This document shows, in pieces, positions 9,836 to 21,082 of a stretch of DNA of 64,000 nucleotides. How positions within the stretch are numbered: the stretch's first letter is position 1; each line of letters starts with the position of its first letter. The stretch lies in NCBI GenBank assembly GCA_965219415.1, contig CBDCNP010000002.1, forward strand, positions 992,001 to 1,056,000, written 5' to 3'. Made by a program: the position numbers and the translations under genes. The notes below the pieces were generated by a model. It ran no database searches. It saw only the letters and a program-made list of their open reading frames with translations, and was not told the DNA's origin. Source of the DNA: Candidatus Marinacidobacterales bacterium (GTDB lineage Bacteria; Acidobacteriota; Vicinamibacteria; Marinacidobacterales; DATDRI01).

Positions 9836-11379
9836 TGCAGCGCAAAGTAGAGAGGCTGATTTTTGCGGTAGCGCTTGGAGCCGCTGTGTTAATTTCAGCG
9901 CCCGTGACTCGAGGGTTCCAGGAAAGGTCAGCCGATGCCCGTTACGTCAACCCTCTCGTCATGGAGAACGCCGGACGGCTCGCCGACCCCACGGTCATCA
10001 AGTTTGAAGGCAAGTACTACCTCTACCTAACCGGTGGCGTATCGCCGGGTGGCCGCTTTGGGGCGGCCGTCTGGTCATCCGACGACCTGGTGCATTGGGA
10101 GCATCAAAAGGTATCCATCGCGGAAGGCCGCGGGATCGGAGCTCCGACGGCTTTCACCTATAAGGGTTATGTCTACCTTACCGGCAACGATGTCGGGCTC
10201 TTCCGAAGCCGGAGTCCTTTGGGCCCCTTCGAATTCCTTGGCGATTTTGTAGACGAAAAGGGCCGCAGGCTAGAGCGAGATCTCTGCGAAGGCTGCGAGG
10301 ATGGCGGCGTCTTTGACCCCGCGATCTTCGTCGACGACGATGATCGAGTCTACTTGTATTACGCCGGCGGCTACACCGACGGCGTCTACGGTGTCGAGCT
10401 CGACCGAACGGACCTGAGGAAGTTTGCGGGCCCCTACAAACACTTCTTCCGCTTCGAGACGTCGCACATCTGGGAACGCTACGGCAGCCGGAACGAAATG
10501 AGTTCCGACAGCTGGATCGAGGGGCCCTGGATGACCAAACGCAAGGGAACGTATCACCTTCAGTATGCCGCTCCGGGAACCGACTGGAAAACCTACGGCG
10601 TGGGCGTGTACACCAGCACGAATCCTTTGGGTCCGTTCACCTACTACGAAGGGAGCCCCATCCTCGTCCACGACGGTGGCCTCATTAACGGTTCCGGCCA
10701 CCACAGCGTCGTCGAGGGTCCCAACGGAGGCCTATGGGCAATTTACACGCTGCTCTACCGAAACTGGAACCGTATGTTCGAGCGACGCATCGGCATGGAT
10801 CCGGTTGGCTTCGACGCGGACGGGAACATATTCATTCGCGGCCCATCCGAAACGCCGCAGTGGGCGCCGGGAATCAAAGCAAAACCATGGGAAGACAATG
10901 CGAGCGGATCGATTCCATTGTCTGAAGACAAGAACTACGTCGCCAGCAGCCAGGCTCCGGGCCGGAACGCTCCCTACGCCCTCGACAACAACGCCCGAAC
11001 GTGGTGGGCCCCGGCCGAAGACGACGCCGATCCGTGGCTTACGCTCGACCTCGCCGCGGGTTGGTCGCAACACTACATCGCCGACTCCGCCCGGATCCTT
11101 TTCACGCTACCGGAAGGTGAAGTGGAAGACGAGTACAGCCCGAACAACGATCGCGGTCAATCGAGAAAACGGCGGTACAAGATCGAGGTCTCGTCGGATG
11201 GCGAAAACTTCACCACCGTTGTGGATAAGACCGACAACGACAAGGACAACTCTGTCGAATTCGATGAATTCGAGCCGGTTCAATGTCGCTACGTGCGACT
11301 GACCCTTACCGCCTGGCCGAAAGATGTTCGACGCGGCGTTCTCGAGTTTACGGTTTTCGGGGTCCCCACACCTCCCTGA
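9835..11379 (+). CDS. Secreted GH43 glycoside hydrolase with C-terminal F5/8-type C (discoidin) domain
   Basis: ADP, FDPAIFVDDD, WIEGPW, GSGHHS; C-terminal ASS..ALDNN..TWW..YKIEVSSDG..RYVRL. Confidence 0.9.
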   Translation: MQRKVERLIFAVALGAAVLISAPVTRGFQERSADARYVNPLVMENAGRLADPTVIKFEGKYYLYLTGGVSPGGRFGAAVWSSDDLVHWEHQKVSIAEGRGIGAPTAFTYKGYVYLTGNDVGLFRSRSPLGPFEFLGDFVDEKGRRLERDLCEGCEDGGVFDPAIFVDDDDRVYLYYAGGYTDGVYGVELDRTDLRKFAGPYKHFFRFETSHIWERYGSRNEMSSDSWIEGPWMTKRKGTYHLQYAAPGTDWKTYGVGVYTSTNPLGPFTYYEGSPILVHDGGLINGSGHHSVVEGPNGGLWAIYTLLYRNWNRMFERRIGMDPVGFDADGNIFIRGPSETPQWAPGIKAKPWEDNASGSIPLSEDKNYVASSQAPGRNAPYALDNNARTWWAPAEDDADPWLTLDLAAGWSQHYIADSARILFTLPEGEVEDEYSPNNDRGQSRKRRYKIEVSSDGENFTTVVDKTDNDKDNSVEFDEFEPVQCRYVRLTLTAWPKDVRRGVLEFTVFGVPTPP

Positions 11380-11382
11380 CCA

Positions 11383-11494
11383 CTCTTACCTCTCCCCCCT
11401 GGGGGAGAGGTCGCCCGCCGAAGGCGGACGGGTGAGGGGCTGGTGGATAGCGGCGATGAAGCCCCGGCTTCTATTTCACCGTGACGTCCACTAG
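11383..11494. repeat. REP-like palindrome plus conserved tail (same family as 6034-6208)
   Basis: CCTCTCCCCCCTGGGGGAGAGGTCGCCCGCCGAAGGCGGACGGGTGAGGGG, then a tail ending CACTAG; lies between convergent genes. Confidence 0.8.
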
Positions 11495-12477
11495 TACGGG
11501 AAATCCATAATCGCCTGGATCTTGTCTCTTCCACCCACCTTGTCCGCCCATTTGTCGTACACAGGCTCCGCGGCTGCAATAAACGATTCTCTGTCAGGAT
11601 ACGTAATATTGACGCCTGCTTCTTCCAGTTGGCTCAAGAGCTCCTTGTCTCGCTCCGCGTAGAGCTCTCTCTCGTATGCGGCTATTTCCCTGCCGGTATC
11701 ATCCAATACCTTTTGCAGGTCCGGGGGAAGATCGTCATAAAAAGCCTTGCTCAGTACGAGGGGTGCCACCAAATGCAACCACCCTATTTGAGCCCAATTT
11801 GGACTTACTTCATAAATTCTATTTCCCCAGTAGTTGGAGTTGGCGGCTTCGGCGCCATCGATCACACCAGTCTCCAGGGACGTGTACAGTTCGCTATAAG
11901 ACATGGGCAAGGGACTGGCGCCGAAGGCGCTGAATACGTCCAGGTGCGCTGGGTTTTCCATCGTGCGAATCTTGAGCCCCTTCAGATCCTCGATTGAATT
12001 GATTGGTTGCTCGGTGGTCAGAATATGACGCACGCCATGCGACATGAAACCCAACAGATGAAAGCCGCGTTCCTCCAACGCGGCGGCATAGTCCCACGCC
12101 AACGGAGAATCCATCACCGCGTGAAAGTGCTTGTTGCTTTCGAACAAGAAGGGCATCTCGAAGATCATCAACTCCGGCACAAATGTGGCTAGCGGAGAGT
12201 TAGCAGCCATATGCATTTGCACCGTTCCCAGCAAGACCCCTTCAATAAGGTCCCGATCCATGCCGAGGACTCCCCCTTCATAGACCTGGACCTTGATTCT
12301 TCCGTTCGAGCGCTCTCCTACCAGCTCTGCGAAGCGTTTCAAGGCGATGCTCGGCGGCTCGGTAGCCACCGTCGAAACACCCGTTTTGATGATGTACACA
12401 CCGTCGCCACCGCAGGAAAGAACGCCTAGACAAAAGACCGCGATGGCCAAAGCCGATCTGGATCCACTCTGCGACAT
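11491..12477 (-). CDS. dctP: TRAP transporter substrate-binding protein (lipoprotein-like)
   Basis: DLKGLKIRTM, ELYTSLETGVIDGAE; lipobox-like VLSC. Confidence 0.92.
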   Translation of the reverse strand: MSQSGSRSALAIAVFCLGVLSCGGDGVYIIKTGVSTVATEPPSIALKRFAELVGERSNGRIKVQVYEGGVLGMDRDLIEGVLLGTVQMHMAANSPLATFVPELMIFEMPFLFESNKHFHAVMDSPLAWDYAAALEERGFHLLGFMSHGVRHILTTEQPINSIEDLKGLKIRTMENPAHLDVFSAFGASPLPMSYSELYTSLETGVIDGAEAANSNYWGNRIYEVSPNWAQIGWLHLVAPLVLSKAFYDDLPPDLQKVLDDTGREIAAYERELYAERDKELLSQLEEAGVNITYPDRESFIAAAEPVYDKWADKVGGRDKIQAIMDFPY

Positions 12478-12486
12478 TATTCGGCG

Positions 12487-13773
12487 TTACCGCGCCATAT
12501 TAGGCAGCCACGCAAAGATCTGAGGGAAAAACATGACCAGCAAAAAGACAAACAGCATAGATACCGCCATCGGCACTACTTGCGGTGTTGCTTCCCGGAT
12601 ACTAACGCCTGTCATGCTACACGATACGAACAGGTTGACGCCAAAAGGAGGTGTCACATAGCCAATCGCCCACCCCACCATGAGGATCATGCCGAAATGT
12701 ACGCGATCGATCCCGAACTCCGTCGCAATCGGCAGGAGGAGCGGCGCGAAGATGATGGTCGCGGAAAAGGTCTCCATGAACATGCCGATGATCAGGACAA
12801 TGATGCCCAAGTAGAGAAGGAACTCGACCCGCGAGTCCACCGCGTCGGTGACAAATCCGGTTATCGTCAGAGGCAACTGATGAGCTGTTATCACCCAGGA
12901 AAAAATGAAGGCGGTGGCGTTTATGAGAATAATGGCCGCGGCGAACTTCGCGGACTTGAATAGGATGCCGGGCACGTCCGCCACGTCCAGCTCTCGATAC
13001 ACGTATCTCGCCACGATGAAACCGTAAACCACCGCCACCACGGCGGCTTCGGTCACTGTAAAGACTCCGCCCAGTATTCCAAAGACAATGATGAAGGGTA
13101 GGCCAAGGCCGGGAAGAGCTTCTATTCCCTTCTTAAGGGTTCGCTTTGGACTAAACTCGTGCGTCGATGGCTCATAGGCTGCACCACCCCTCAGCGCATG
13201 AATGTAGGCCACCACCATCAAGCCCACCCCGATGAGGAGACCCGGTACCACTCCCGCCAGGAACAACTGAATGACGGATGTGTCCGTCATATAGCCGATG
13301 ACGATCAGCATGATGCTGGGTGGGATGACCGGACCGATTGAGCCCGCGGCCGCGAGGAGCGCGGTTGCGAATCTCATGTTGTAGCCCTTTTCCTTCATCA
13401 CCGGCAGCATGACGGATCCGACTGCCGCCGTACCGGCCGCCGCCGACCCAGAAATGGAAGCAAATAGGATGGACGATCCCACGCTGATCATGGCAAGGCT
13501 GCCCCGGATGAAACCCAAGAGCTCGGTAATGAAGTCCACCAAACGTTTGGACATGCCTCCCGCGCTCATCAATTCCCCCGACAAGATGAATAAAGGGATG
13601 GACATCATCAACCAAGAATCCAGGCCAAAGAACATTCTCTGCGTCAAAAGAGTGAGTGGAATGTTCCCGTCAACTAGGAGTGCAAGGAGGCTGCTGATAC
13701 CGATAGCAAATGCTATGGGCATCCCGACCAAGAAGAGCACCACCATACTTAAGAAGAGGATCACCAGGGTCAT
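12487..13773 (-). CDS. dctM: TRAP transporter large permease
   Basis: IPLFILSGELM, SISGSA, IPPSI, TPPFGVNLF. Confidence 0.95.
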   Translation of the reverse strand: MTLVILFLSMVVLFLVGMPIAFAIGISSLLALLVDGNIPLTLLTQRMFFGLDSWLMMSIPLFILSGELMSAGGMSKRLVDFITELLGFIRGSLAMISVGSSILFASISGSAAAGTAAVGSVMLPVMKEKGYNMRFATALLAAAGSIGPVIPPSIMLIVIGYMTDTSVIQLFLAGVVPGLLIGVGLMVVAYIHALRGGAAYEPSTHEFSPKRTLKKGIEALPGLGLPFIIVFGILGGVFTVTEAAVVAVVYGFIVARYVYRELDVADVPGILFKSAKFAAAIILINATAFIFSWVITAHQLPLTITGFVTDAVDSRVEFLLYLGIIVLIIGMFMETFSATIIFAPLLLPIATEFGIDRVHFGMILMVGWAIGYVTPPFGVNLFVSCSMTGVSIREATPQVVPMAVSMLFVFLLVMFFPQIFAWLPNMAR

Positions 13774-13776
13774 GTC

Positions 13777-14283
13777 CTAACGAGTCTCCGGCTCCGATTT
13801 GTTGGCGGACAACAGCTCGAGAAAGACCTTCAAGCTCTCTAGCAGCATTAGGGTTCCTGCAACGGGAAAGACAAGATAGACGGCGCTAATGGATATGTGA
13901 AGGGCGGGTGACGTCTGGGATTGTGCGGTCACCATCATCTTGATCCCCGCGACGATGAGGACGCCAAAGAAAATCATCATCAGTATCGTGACCGCGAGGG
14001 ACAGGATTCTTCTATGACGCGTCGGCAGGTAATGGACCAGATAGTCGACCGCTAGGTGACTACCTTCATAAATACAAACCGATGCGGCCAGTAAAACAAT
14101 CCACACCTGTAAATACCTCGCCAGCTCCTCCGACCAAGAAAAAGGATCATTAAAGACAAAACGCCAGATGACCTGAGCGAAAACCACGACAACTTGCAGG
14201 GCAAACATGGAGACAACGGCAACGTACACAGCTTTGCGTACCGGTCGCAGGACAGAATTAAGGCTCCGTATCAACACTGTCAT
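13777..14283 (-). CDS. dctQ: TRAP transporter small permease
   Basis: WSEELARY, HLAVD; 4 TM segments. Confidence 0.92.
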   Translation of the reverse strand: MTVLIRSLNSVLRPVRKAVYVAVVSMFALQVVVVFAQVIWRFVFNDPFSWSEELARYLQVWIVLLAASVCIYEGSHLAVDYLVHYLPTRHRRILSLAVTILMMIFFGVLIVAGIKMMVTAQSQTSPALHISISAVYLVFPVAGTLMLLESLKVFLELLSANKSEPETR

Positions 14284-14321
14284 ATGTAGCCCCTTATTCT
14301 TGAATGGACGTTAGCGCAGAA

Positions 14322-15233
14322 CTACCGCAGGTTGGGAGACCACGAGGGAAATCTGTCATCACCCGGGCTATTCGTCAGCACTACCTGACCGGACCCATCG
14401 CTACGCATGACGCATATGTCCCAATTCCTGTTCCTGTTGGTCTCGAAGACGACCATCGAGCCGTCGAACGACCAACGTGGATGGCGATCTTGGTAGGGTG
14501 AGTTTGTGGTGATGGAGGCGAGTGGTGTGGAGAGGATCCGTTGGCCCGAGCCATCGGCATGCATCACTGCAATGCTCATGCGATTCCATTCGAAGACAAT
14601 CAACGAACCATCGGGCGACCAGGCCGGAAAACCTTCCGCCTCGGAACTGTCAGTCAACTGCACCCGGTTCATACCATCCAAATCGATGGCGAAAACGTTG
14701 ACAACGCCACTGGCGAAAGTAGGATCCATATCCCTTTCGACGATAAGCCCAGCCCCGTCAGGGAACCATGTCGGCGCTTTTGCGTTGATTTCACTGCGGG
14801 TCACTCTGCGCTGACCCGACCCGTCAGAACCCATGACGTAGGCCTCGACTCTCCCGTCTCGATCCGAGCTGAAAGCAATTTGAGAGCCATCGGGGGACCA
14901 AGTCGGGAAGTTATCGTCGGAGGAGTTTTCTGTTAAGCGACGCTGGCCGAAGCCATCCGTGTTCATTACGTAGATTTCCGTGTTTCCGTCTCGGTCCGAT
15001 TCGAACGCGATCCTCTCACCGTCGGGCGACCACGAGGGATGGTGATCCCCGGCGGCACTATCGGTCAGCCGTTTCTGGGCCGATCCGTCCGCCCGCATCA
15101 CGTAGATTTCCGAATTGCCATCACGGTCCGACTCGAAAACGATCATCGAAATGAGTTCCTGAGCGTTCGCATGGACCAAGGCCAAGAAGAAGTGCAACAG
15201 CGCGAGTACAGCTAGCGTGTGGTACGTAGACAT
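14322..15233 (-). CDS. Secreted TolB-like PD40-repeat beta-propeller protein
   Basis: Repeated PxWSPDG..IAFxSDRDGNxEIYVM. Confidence 0.88.
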   Translation of the reverse strand: MSTYHTLAVLALLHFFLALVHANAQELISMIVFESDRDGNSEIYVMRADGSAQKRLTDSAAGDHHPSWSPDGERIAFESDRDGNTEIYVMNTDGFGQRRLTENSSDDNFPTWSPDGSQIAFSSDRDGRVEAYVMGSDGSGQRRVTRSEINAKAPTWFPDGAGLIVERDMDPTFASGVVNVFAIDLDGMNRVQLTDSSEAEGFPAWSPDGSLIVFEWNRMSIAVMHADGSGQRILSTPLASITTNSPYQDRHPRWSFDGSMVVFETNRNRNWDICVMRSDGSGQVVLTNSPGDDRFPSWSPNLR

Positions 15234-15237
15234 CTTG

Positions 15238-18048
15238 CTACCACAATCTCTTGATCTCGTCATCGTAACCAGTCATCTCCCATCTGATAAGCGACGTGGG
15301 GATCACGCCGGCGGCAAAGAACTCATCCATGAACGGTCGCAGGTTAAACTCGTCCCCCCGTTGTTGAGCCCTGTCTCGAAGAAGCTTCATGAAGTGGACC
15401 TTTCCAACCACCATCTGCGCATGCCAACCGACCTGACGGAGCGTAGTTTCCATCTCATGCCACAAATGGGGACTGTCATCGAGTAACTCTCCGTGCGGCG
15501 CATTCGCAACACAGTACTCCATGGCTTCCTTCAGGCTCCATGCTCCGCTGTGCATGTATACGTCCGAGAGCGCGCGCACTGTGCGAAACGCCGCCTGTTC
15601 GTACGCGATCTCTCTTCCTCTACGGGGCCGTTCGTCGAGATATCCGGCATGCATAAGCAGTTCTTCCAATGCGAAGGCGAACCCTTCTAACCGTGCAACG
15701 GCCATATAATACGGTCCCTCGTGCTCTCGGTTCCCGCGGATTGGGCGATCGTCTTGCCAGACCCGCAGCAGATCGAAGTGGTGACCGACCAGTTCATGAG
15801 TCTCCTCCATCACCGGCTCGCGATGTGAAAAATTGAGGAAGTAGTCATGCTTCTCCGGCCAGGGTCGGTACGTTCTCCGCAAGTTGGATTCCAAATACTC
15901 ATCGGTTACTAGATAGTCTTGAACCGTGAAAATTTCCTCATCTCGAAGAAAATCCATGACGTGCTGGACGGTTTCCTGGATGCTCTGTCGCCTTTCCTCC
16001 TGCGATGCCACCGGCTTCAACGGTGGAAGATTGCGGTTTCTGTTCTCTTCGAGCTTCTGGAACGTAATGACACGGTTGTCTTCCAGTTCCACGATGGTGC
16101 GGACCTCGTTCCAGGTATAGGGAAAGAGATAGACGTTCTTGAGCAACCAGTTGTAGTTCTCTATTCCGACGCCAGCAGAGGCCGTCATCTTCTCCAGGTT
16201 CTCTTTCAGCCAGCCGAGATAGCCGTCAGTTGCAGCCTGGGCTCTTTCTGCATCGGCAACCAGCTCGGGATGGTGCTCGGCCAACTGGCTCCCAAGCTCC
16301 GCGAAAGGAGAGGCGTTTCCCTCCATGTTGTGGGTGGCAAAGACCGCGAGATCGCCGGCTACCTCCGACAGGTTCTCCAGATTCGCTTGGGCCTGATTGT
16401 AGAACTCTGGAATCGCCCGAAGTGACGTCTTGAGCCCGGCGAGGTCTTTTTCGGGGAGAGGTAATTCGAGGTTCCACGGCGGTCTAGGTGCTACATCGTT
16501 GTAGAATCCGGGGTCGCTCGACCAGGGGCGGAGGACCCGATGCCGGAACTCGAGCCCATTCATCTCCGCGCGGACAAGGTGATAATCGATTTGCTCCGAT
16601 ACCGACCAGTCACTTGGGTCAATTGTGGCGAGACGGTTCTGGAATGCCTTCAGCGCGCCATACTCGTCCTCCACAGCCTTTGCCGTGTAGTCGGGCACGC
16701 CGTCGACTAGCTTCGGTTCCTGAAACTCACGGAATTCATTGAACAGGCTGAGAAGCTGCGCACGGTCGCCGCCGGGCTCGACTTCTGTATCACTGAACTT
16801 GAGGACTTCAATACCAGTTAACTCATCGGCTCCATCGCGACCGGAAATAGTATCCGTCACCTTGAATTTGTTGTGATTTCTTACGAACTCGTACTCAGAA
16901 GATCTTCCAGAAAATACCGCCGTATCGTGCCCTTCCTCACCTGAGATCACGTCGTTACCCGCTCCACCGGTGATGGTGTTATCACCCTCGTTTCCGGTCA
17001 ATTGGTTATCTTGGTCATTGCCGAGAATGTTCGTATCCTTGTCGCCGGTCAACGTTATGTTGACGAGATAGCGCGACTTGAGTGTGTACTCCTTGTCCTT
17101 ATCGAGCACTGTCGAAAAAGTGCCTTCGAACTCGGGATCGATATAGGCGTTGTAGGTCAAATACTGTGGCCAGAATTGATCGACCACATCGTACAGAGGG
17201 CGGTCTCCCGCCTTCATTTCGGCTTTGGAATGAAACGGATACTCGTCTCCAAAGGCTGTCCCATCCCCTTGGGGGTTGTGTTCCCATAGGCCGAAATAGA
17301 TGTCGAAACCGTTGATGATGTATTCATGCGGAGCCGGACGGCCATACTTGTAGATTCCCGCATCAACCGCGCGCGTTTCGGCGTCTACAATCGCTTGATG
17401 ATACTCCGGCAGCGCATGCTCTATTCCCTTGCCGTGGACGAGATGCATGATCTCCTCGTAGGACGCATCGCGTGTAAAGAACTTTCCGGGTTCCGCTTCA
17501 TTGTGGATATAGGTATAGCTTCCCTCGACCGGAGATTCTGTGGCGTATAGGTCCTGCGTTCTGAGCTCTGACTCCCTGAGTATCGGCCGCATGGCAAAGG
17601 ACTTTGCCTGGGTATCGGTGTAAATGAGGGTTGCTCTGACATCACCCATCCTGTTGGCGATGGCGGTCTTGTCACTCCCGTACTTCGTGCCCGGAGCGTC
17701 GGTCACATGGTACTTCAGAATTTCTCGTGCCCTTACGAGCTGCAAATCGCTCACCCGGGACTGGGCAAAGATATGAATCGGCTTACCATTGGGCGCCACA
17801 TGCTTGGTGTATTTCGAGAACAAGCCATTCAAGGTCTTCCCGACGCCCTCTGGGAGCGGCACGACACCATTACTCGCTATTGAGGTATCGATATGTTCCA
17901 GAACCTCATAGTCGATGTCGACTTTGTCCGGGACGTCGTAATTGATCTCCTCACGCGCCCCGGGCCGGTTCGGATCCGGCCCCTGCTGTCCTGTCGACGT
18001 GACGGAGAATGCCATCATGACGGCCAAAAGCGCCGATACTCTTTTCAT
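15238..18048 (-). CDS. Secreted multidomain protein: zincin-like domain + RTX-like Ca repeats + DUF885
   Basis: Signal peptide [10 protein letters not shown]; [11 protein letters not shown]; [28 protein letters not shown]; C-terminal [28 protein letters not shown]. Confidence 0.8.
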   Translation of the reverse strand: MKRVSALLAVMMAFSVTSTGQQGPDPNRPGAREEINYDVPDKVDIDYEVLEHIDTSIASNGVVPLPEGVGKTLNGLFSKYTKHVAPNGKPIHIFAQSRVSDLQLVRAREILKYHVTDAPGTKYGSDKTAIANRMGDVRATLIYTDTQAKSFAMRPILRESELRTQDLYATESPVEGSYTYIHNEAEPGKFFTRDASYEEIMHLVHGKGIEHALPEYHQAIVDAETRAVDAGIYKYGRPAPHEYIINGFDIYFGLWEHNPQGDGTAFGDEYPFHSKAEMKAGDRPLYDVVDQFWPQYLTYNAYIDPEFEGTFSTVLDKDKEYTLKSRYLVNITLTGDKDTNILGNDQDNQLTGNEGDNTITGGAGNDVISGEEGHDTAVFSGRSSEYEFVRNHNKFKVTDTISGRDGADELTGIEVLKFSDTEVEPGGDRAQLLSLFNEFREFQEPKLVDGVPDYTAKAVEDEYGALKAFQNRLATIDPSDWSVSEQIDYHLVRAEMNGLEFRHRVLRPWSSDPGFYNDVAPRPPWNLELPLPEKDLAGLKTSLRAIPEFYNQAQANLENLSEVAGDLAVFATHNMEGNASPFAELGSQLAEHHPELVADAERAQAATDGYLGWLKENLEKMTASAGVGIENYNWLLKNVYLFPYTWNEVRTIVELEDNRVITFQKLEENRNRNLPPLKPVASQEERRQSIQETVQHVMDFLRDEEIFTVQDYLVTDEYLESNLRRTYRPWPEKHDYFLNFSHREPVMEETHELVGHHFDLLRVWQDDRPIRGNREHEGPYYMAVARLEGFAFALEELLMHAGYLDERPRRGREIAYEQAAFRTVRALSDVYMHSGAWSLKEAMEYCVANAPHGELLDDSPHLWHEMETTLRQVGWHAQMVVGKVHFMKLLRDRAQQRGDEFNLRPFMDEFFAAGVIPTSLIRWEMTGYDDEIKRLW

Positions 18049-18283
18049 CTCGACCACCTTTCTCGAGAGCTCGAGAGAGCCGCGGACGTCAATGTTCGAA
18101 ACAGGCTCCCATCGGGGGCGAATGGTATCACTTATCGTCGTGGGTCCAGACAAGGTGAGACTTGCAGGCAAGCCTTCGATGGCATCGAGGGTTCCCTCTC
18201 CAACTTGGATCTGCTATTCTTCGGCCTCTGAGGTTGTAGTCAGAGAACGAGTTCAGAATTCACTAAGGATTGAAGAGGATGCC

Positions 18284-19201
18284 ATGCGGCTAAAAGTCGA
18301 CTGGGCAGGTGTTTACCCTGCCGTACCCACACAATTCAATAAGGACCTGTCCTTGGACCTGGAGACTACTCAAAAGCATATTCAGGCCCTCCTAGACGAT
18401 GGCATTCATGGCCTGGTGATGCTGGGCACCATCGGTGAAAACGCCTCCCTCACCAGGGAAGAAAAAGTACGCGTGCTGCGTGCGACGGTGGAAGTGGCCG
18501 GCGGTAAAGTCCCTGTGCTCACCGGCGCCGCCGAGTATACGCCTCAGTTTGCATCCGACTGGGTGAAGGCGGCCGGCGAGGCCGGGGCGGACGGGATCAT
18601 GCTCTTGCCGTCCATGGTGTACAACTCCGATCCGCGTGAAACCCTCAACCACTATCGCACCGTTGCCAACTCCACCGAGCTGCCCATCATGTGCTACAAC
18701 AACCCGCCGGTATATCGCGTCGACATCACGCCCGAGATGTTCAAGGAATTGATGGATGTGGACAACATTGTTTGCATCAAAGAGGCCTCGGGGGATATCC
18801 GTAGGGTCACCGACCTGGTCAACGCTGTGGGGGATCGGTTCATCCTCTTCTCCGGTCTCGACGATTTTGCTTTGGAAAGCGTCATGTTGGGTTGCGCCGG
18901 TTGGGTTTCCGGTCTAGTGGATGCCTTCCCACGAGAAAACCGGATGCTCTGGGACGCCGCGAGCTCAGGCGATTACGAGAAAGCCGTAGAGATCTACCGA
19001 TGGTACATGCCGATGCTGCACTTTGATTCCAACCCCAAACTCGTGCAGTACATCAAGCTCACCTGTCAGGAGATGGGTTACGGAACTGAGCTGACTCGTC
19101 CGCCGCGCCTGGCGTTGATCGGAGAAGAGCGCGAGCGCGTTCTCAAGATTGTGCGTGACTGCGCGGCCACTCGTCCCAAAGAAGCTCAGGTTCGAGCCTG
19201 A
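18284..19201 (+). CDS. DHDPS/NAL-family protein, probably pyrroline-4-hydroxy-2-carboxylate deaminase-like
   Basis: LGTIGE, YNNP, IKEASGD, GWVSGLVDAFPRE, KLVQYIKL. Confidence 0.8.
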   Translation: MRLKVDWAGVYPAVPTQFNKDLSLDLETTQKHIQALLDDGIHGLVMLGTIGENASLTREEKVRVLRATVEVAGGKVPVLTGAAEYTPQFASDWVKAAGEAGADGIMLLPSMVYNSDPRETLNHYRTVANSTELPIMCYNNPPVYRVDITPEMFKELMDVDNIVCIKEASGDIRRVTDLVNAVGDRFILFSGLDDFALESVMLGCAGWVSGLVDAFPRENRMLWDAASSGDYEKAVEIYRWYMPMLHFDSNPKLVQYIKLTCQEMGYGTELTRPPRLALIGEERERVLKIVRDCAATRPKEAQVRA

Positions 19202-19206
19202 GCGGC

Positions 19207-20160
19207 TTACTTCGAGGCCGCATAGGCCTTGCTTGCCGCTACCAGGTCGGCTAACGCCTGGCCAATGGCCTTGAACACGGTGATTTCTTTGTCGTTGGTT
19301 CTCAACTCGGCCTTGCCCTGACACATTTCGGTCAGCTCGGCAACGACGTCCTCTTTGCGGAACACACCCTCCTTGATCGGGACCAGAATCTCACCGGCTT
19401 CCTTGAAGGCGTTGACGTAGCTGTCCACATAGACCTTGCCTTTGGTGATGACTTCGGTGTCACATTCTCTCTTGTCGGCGTGATGGTTGCCTATGAAGTC
19501 CAAGTGCGTGCCCTCCTTGACCCAGGCACCCTTTATCAAAATTTCTGGGGAAGATGTCGCGCAAATAACGATGTCCGCGTCGCCACAGGCCCGCTCCAAA
19601 TCGCTGATCACAGAGAATTCAATGTTGGGCAATTCTTTTGACATCTTTGCTGCAACCGCTTCGGCATCGGCAATCGGGGGCATACCATCAGGCACGCCCC
19701 AAATCATTATTTTCTTGAGGGGTCGCACCGAGGCGTTGGCCCGGATCATGTACGTAGCCAGGTTGCCGGTGCCCAAGAGCAACATGGTGGAAGAATCTTC
19801 ACGGCTCAACAAGCGTGTGGCCAATCCCGACGTCCCGCCGGTCCGCCAGAAGGTGCACGTCGTGCCGTCCACCAGAGCCAGGGGCTCGCCGTGTTCCCGA
19901 TCGAAGATCATGAGTTTCGAGTACAGCAGCGGGTAAGGTTTCTTGTTGCTCGGGTAGTAGGTGAAAGCCTTCACAGCGATCATCTTGTCATTCCAGGCGG
20001 GCAGCAGTGCAAAGGCATCGAAGTTCTCGGGGTTGTCATCCAGCAGAAACACCTGGCGCGGGGGCTGTTTGAAAGTCCCGGCGAGGGCCTCTTGCAGCCC
20101 ATCCACCATGTCGGGATAGCTGAGTGCGGCGTGTACTTGGTCGGCGTCGATAATCTTCAT
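19207..20160 (-). CDS. Ornithine cyclodeaminase/mu-crystallin family (pyrroline-2-carboxylate reductase-like)
   Basis: TFWRT, GTGNLA, EAGE, FKAIG..LADL. Confidence 0.88.
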   Translation of the reverse strand: MKIIDADQVHAALSYPDMVDGLQEALAGTFKQPPRQVFLLDDNPENFDAFALLPAWNDKMIAVKAFTYYPSNKKPYPLLYSKLMIFDREHGEPLALVDGTTCTFWRTGGTSGLATRLLSREDSSTMLLLGTGNLATYMIRANASVRPLKKIMIWGVPDGMPPIADAEAVAAKMSKELPNIEFSVISDLERACGDADIVICATSSPEILIKGAWVKEGTHLDFIGNHHADKRECDTEVITKGKVYVDSYVNAFKEAGEILVPIKEGVFRKEDVVAELTEMCQGKAELRTNDKEITVFKAIGQALADLVAASKAYAASK

Positions 20161-20290
20161 GATTGTAGACCTCTCTTAGAATTCCACGTCAATGTCCGGA
20201 ACGGCTCCCCATGGGAGGGGAATGGTATCATGACCCGCGGTGATCGCTGCCTGGACATTTAGCGACAATCCAAGCAGAAAAGGAGGCGCA

Positions 20291-20880
20291 ATGTCGAGAC
20301 AAGAGACCCGGAGGAGCTTCCTCCGCAACAAGTGCTTGGCGACTGCAGGAGGTGCCCTTCTCGCAACGGCTTCGGCAGCCGCGCCGGTTCGGTTGCGCGC
20401 GAGTCGCGGCAAGGCACGAGCCCAGAGCAACGGTTACGCGAGCTCGGCATCGAGCTGCCGCCGCCGCCGCGACCGGTCGCCGTCTATGTCCCGGCGGTAC
20501 GCACCGGAAACGTGTTGTTCACCGCCGGCCACACCCCGCGTGGGCCGGACCGAGCGCCACTAGTAGGAAAGATCGGCGCCGACATGACGGTGGAGCAGGG
20601 CTACGCTGCCGCGCGGATCTCCGGACTGAACCTGTTGAGCACGGTACGCAACACCCTGGGTAGCCTCGATAAGGTGGTAAGGCTGGTGAAAATTCTCGGC
20701 ATGGTCAACTGCACACCCGACTTCGGTCAGCAACCCCAGGTGATCAACGGCTTCAGCGAGCTGCTGGTCGAGGTCTTCGGTGAGGAGATGGGAAAAGGCG
20801 GCCGCAGCGCGGTCGGCATGGCATCGTTGCCGGCCAACCAACCGGTCGAGGTCGAAGCCATCTTCGAAGTCCGCGACTGA
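20291..20880 (+). pseudogene. RidA/YjgF-family protein with Tat signal, frameshifted near 20390
   Basis: AGGAGG RBS; MSRQETRRSFL...GGALLA in one frame; PEQRLRELGIELP...NGFSEL...RSAVGMASLP in another. Confidence 0.8.
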
Positions 20881-21082
20881 CATGCGCCTGACCGCCAGCG
20901 CATGGCGGGCAATTCTCACGTAAGTCACTAGGGGTACAATTAAAGAAGGTGGGCATCACTCGGCTTGCCGCAGAGTCTCACGCGCAAGCTCCACCGCCGT
21001 CAACTTCGCCAACTCCTGCTGGAAAACAGCGGCCGATTCGCGTTGATAGACGTCTTGGGTCGGGCGAGGAAGTTGCGATCCA

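Noticed and set aside
14322-15233. Periodic DNA repeats suggesting a CRISPR-like array (also 62455-63411 and 55790-56015)
   Set aside because: They are coding repeats (PD40 units and duplicated metal-binding domains); no cas genes or constant repeat-spacer pattern
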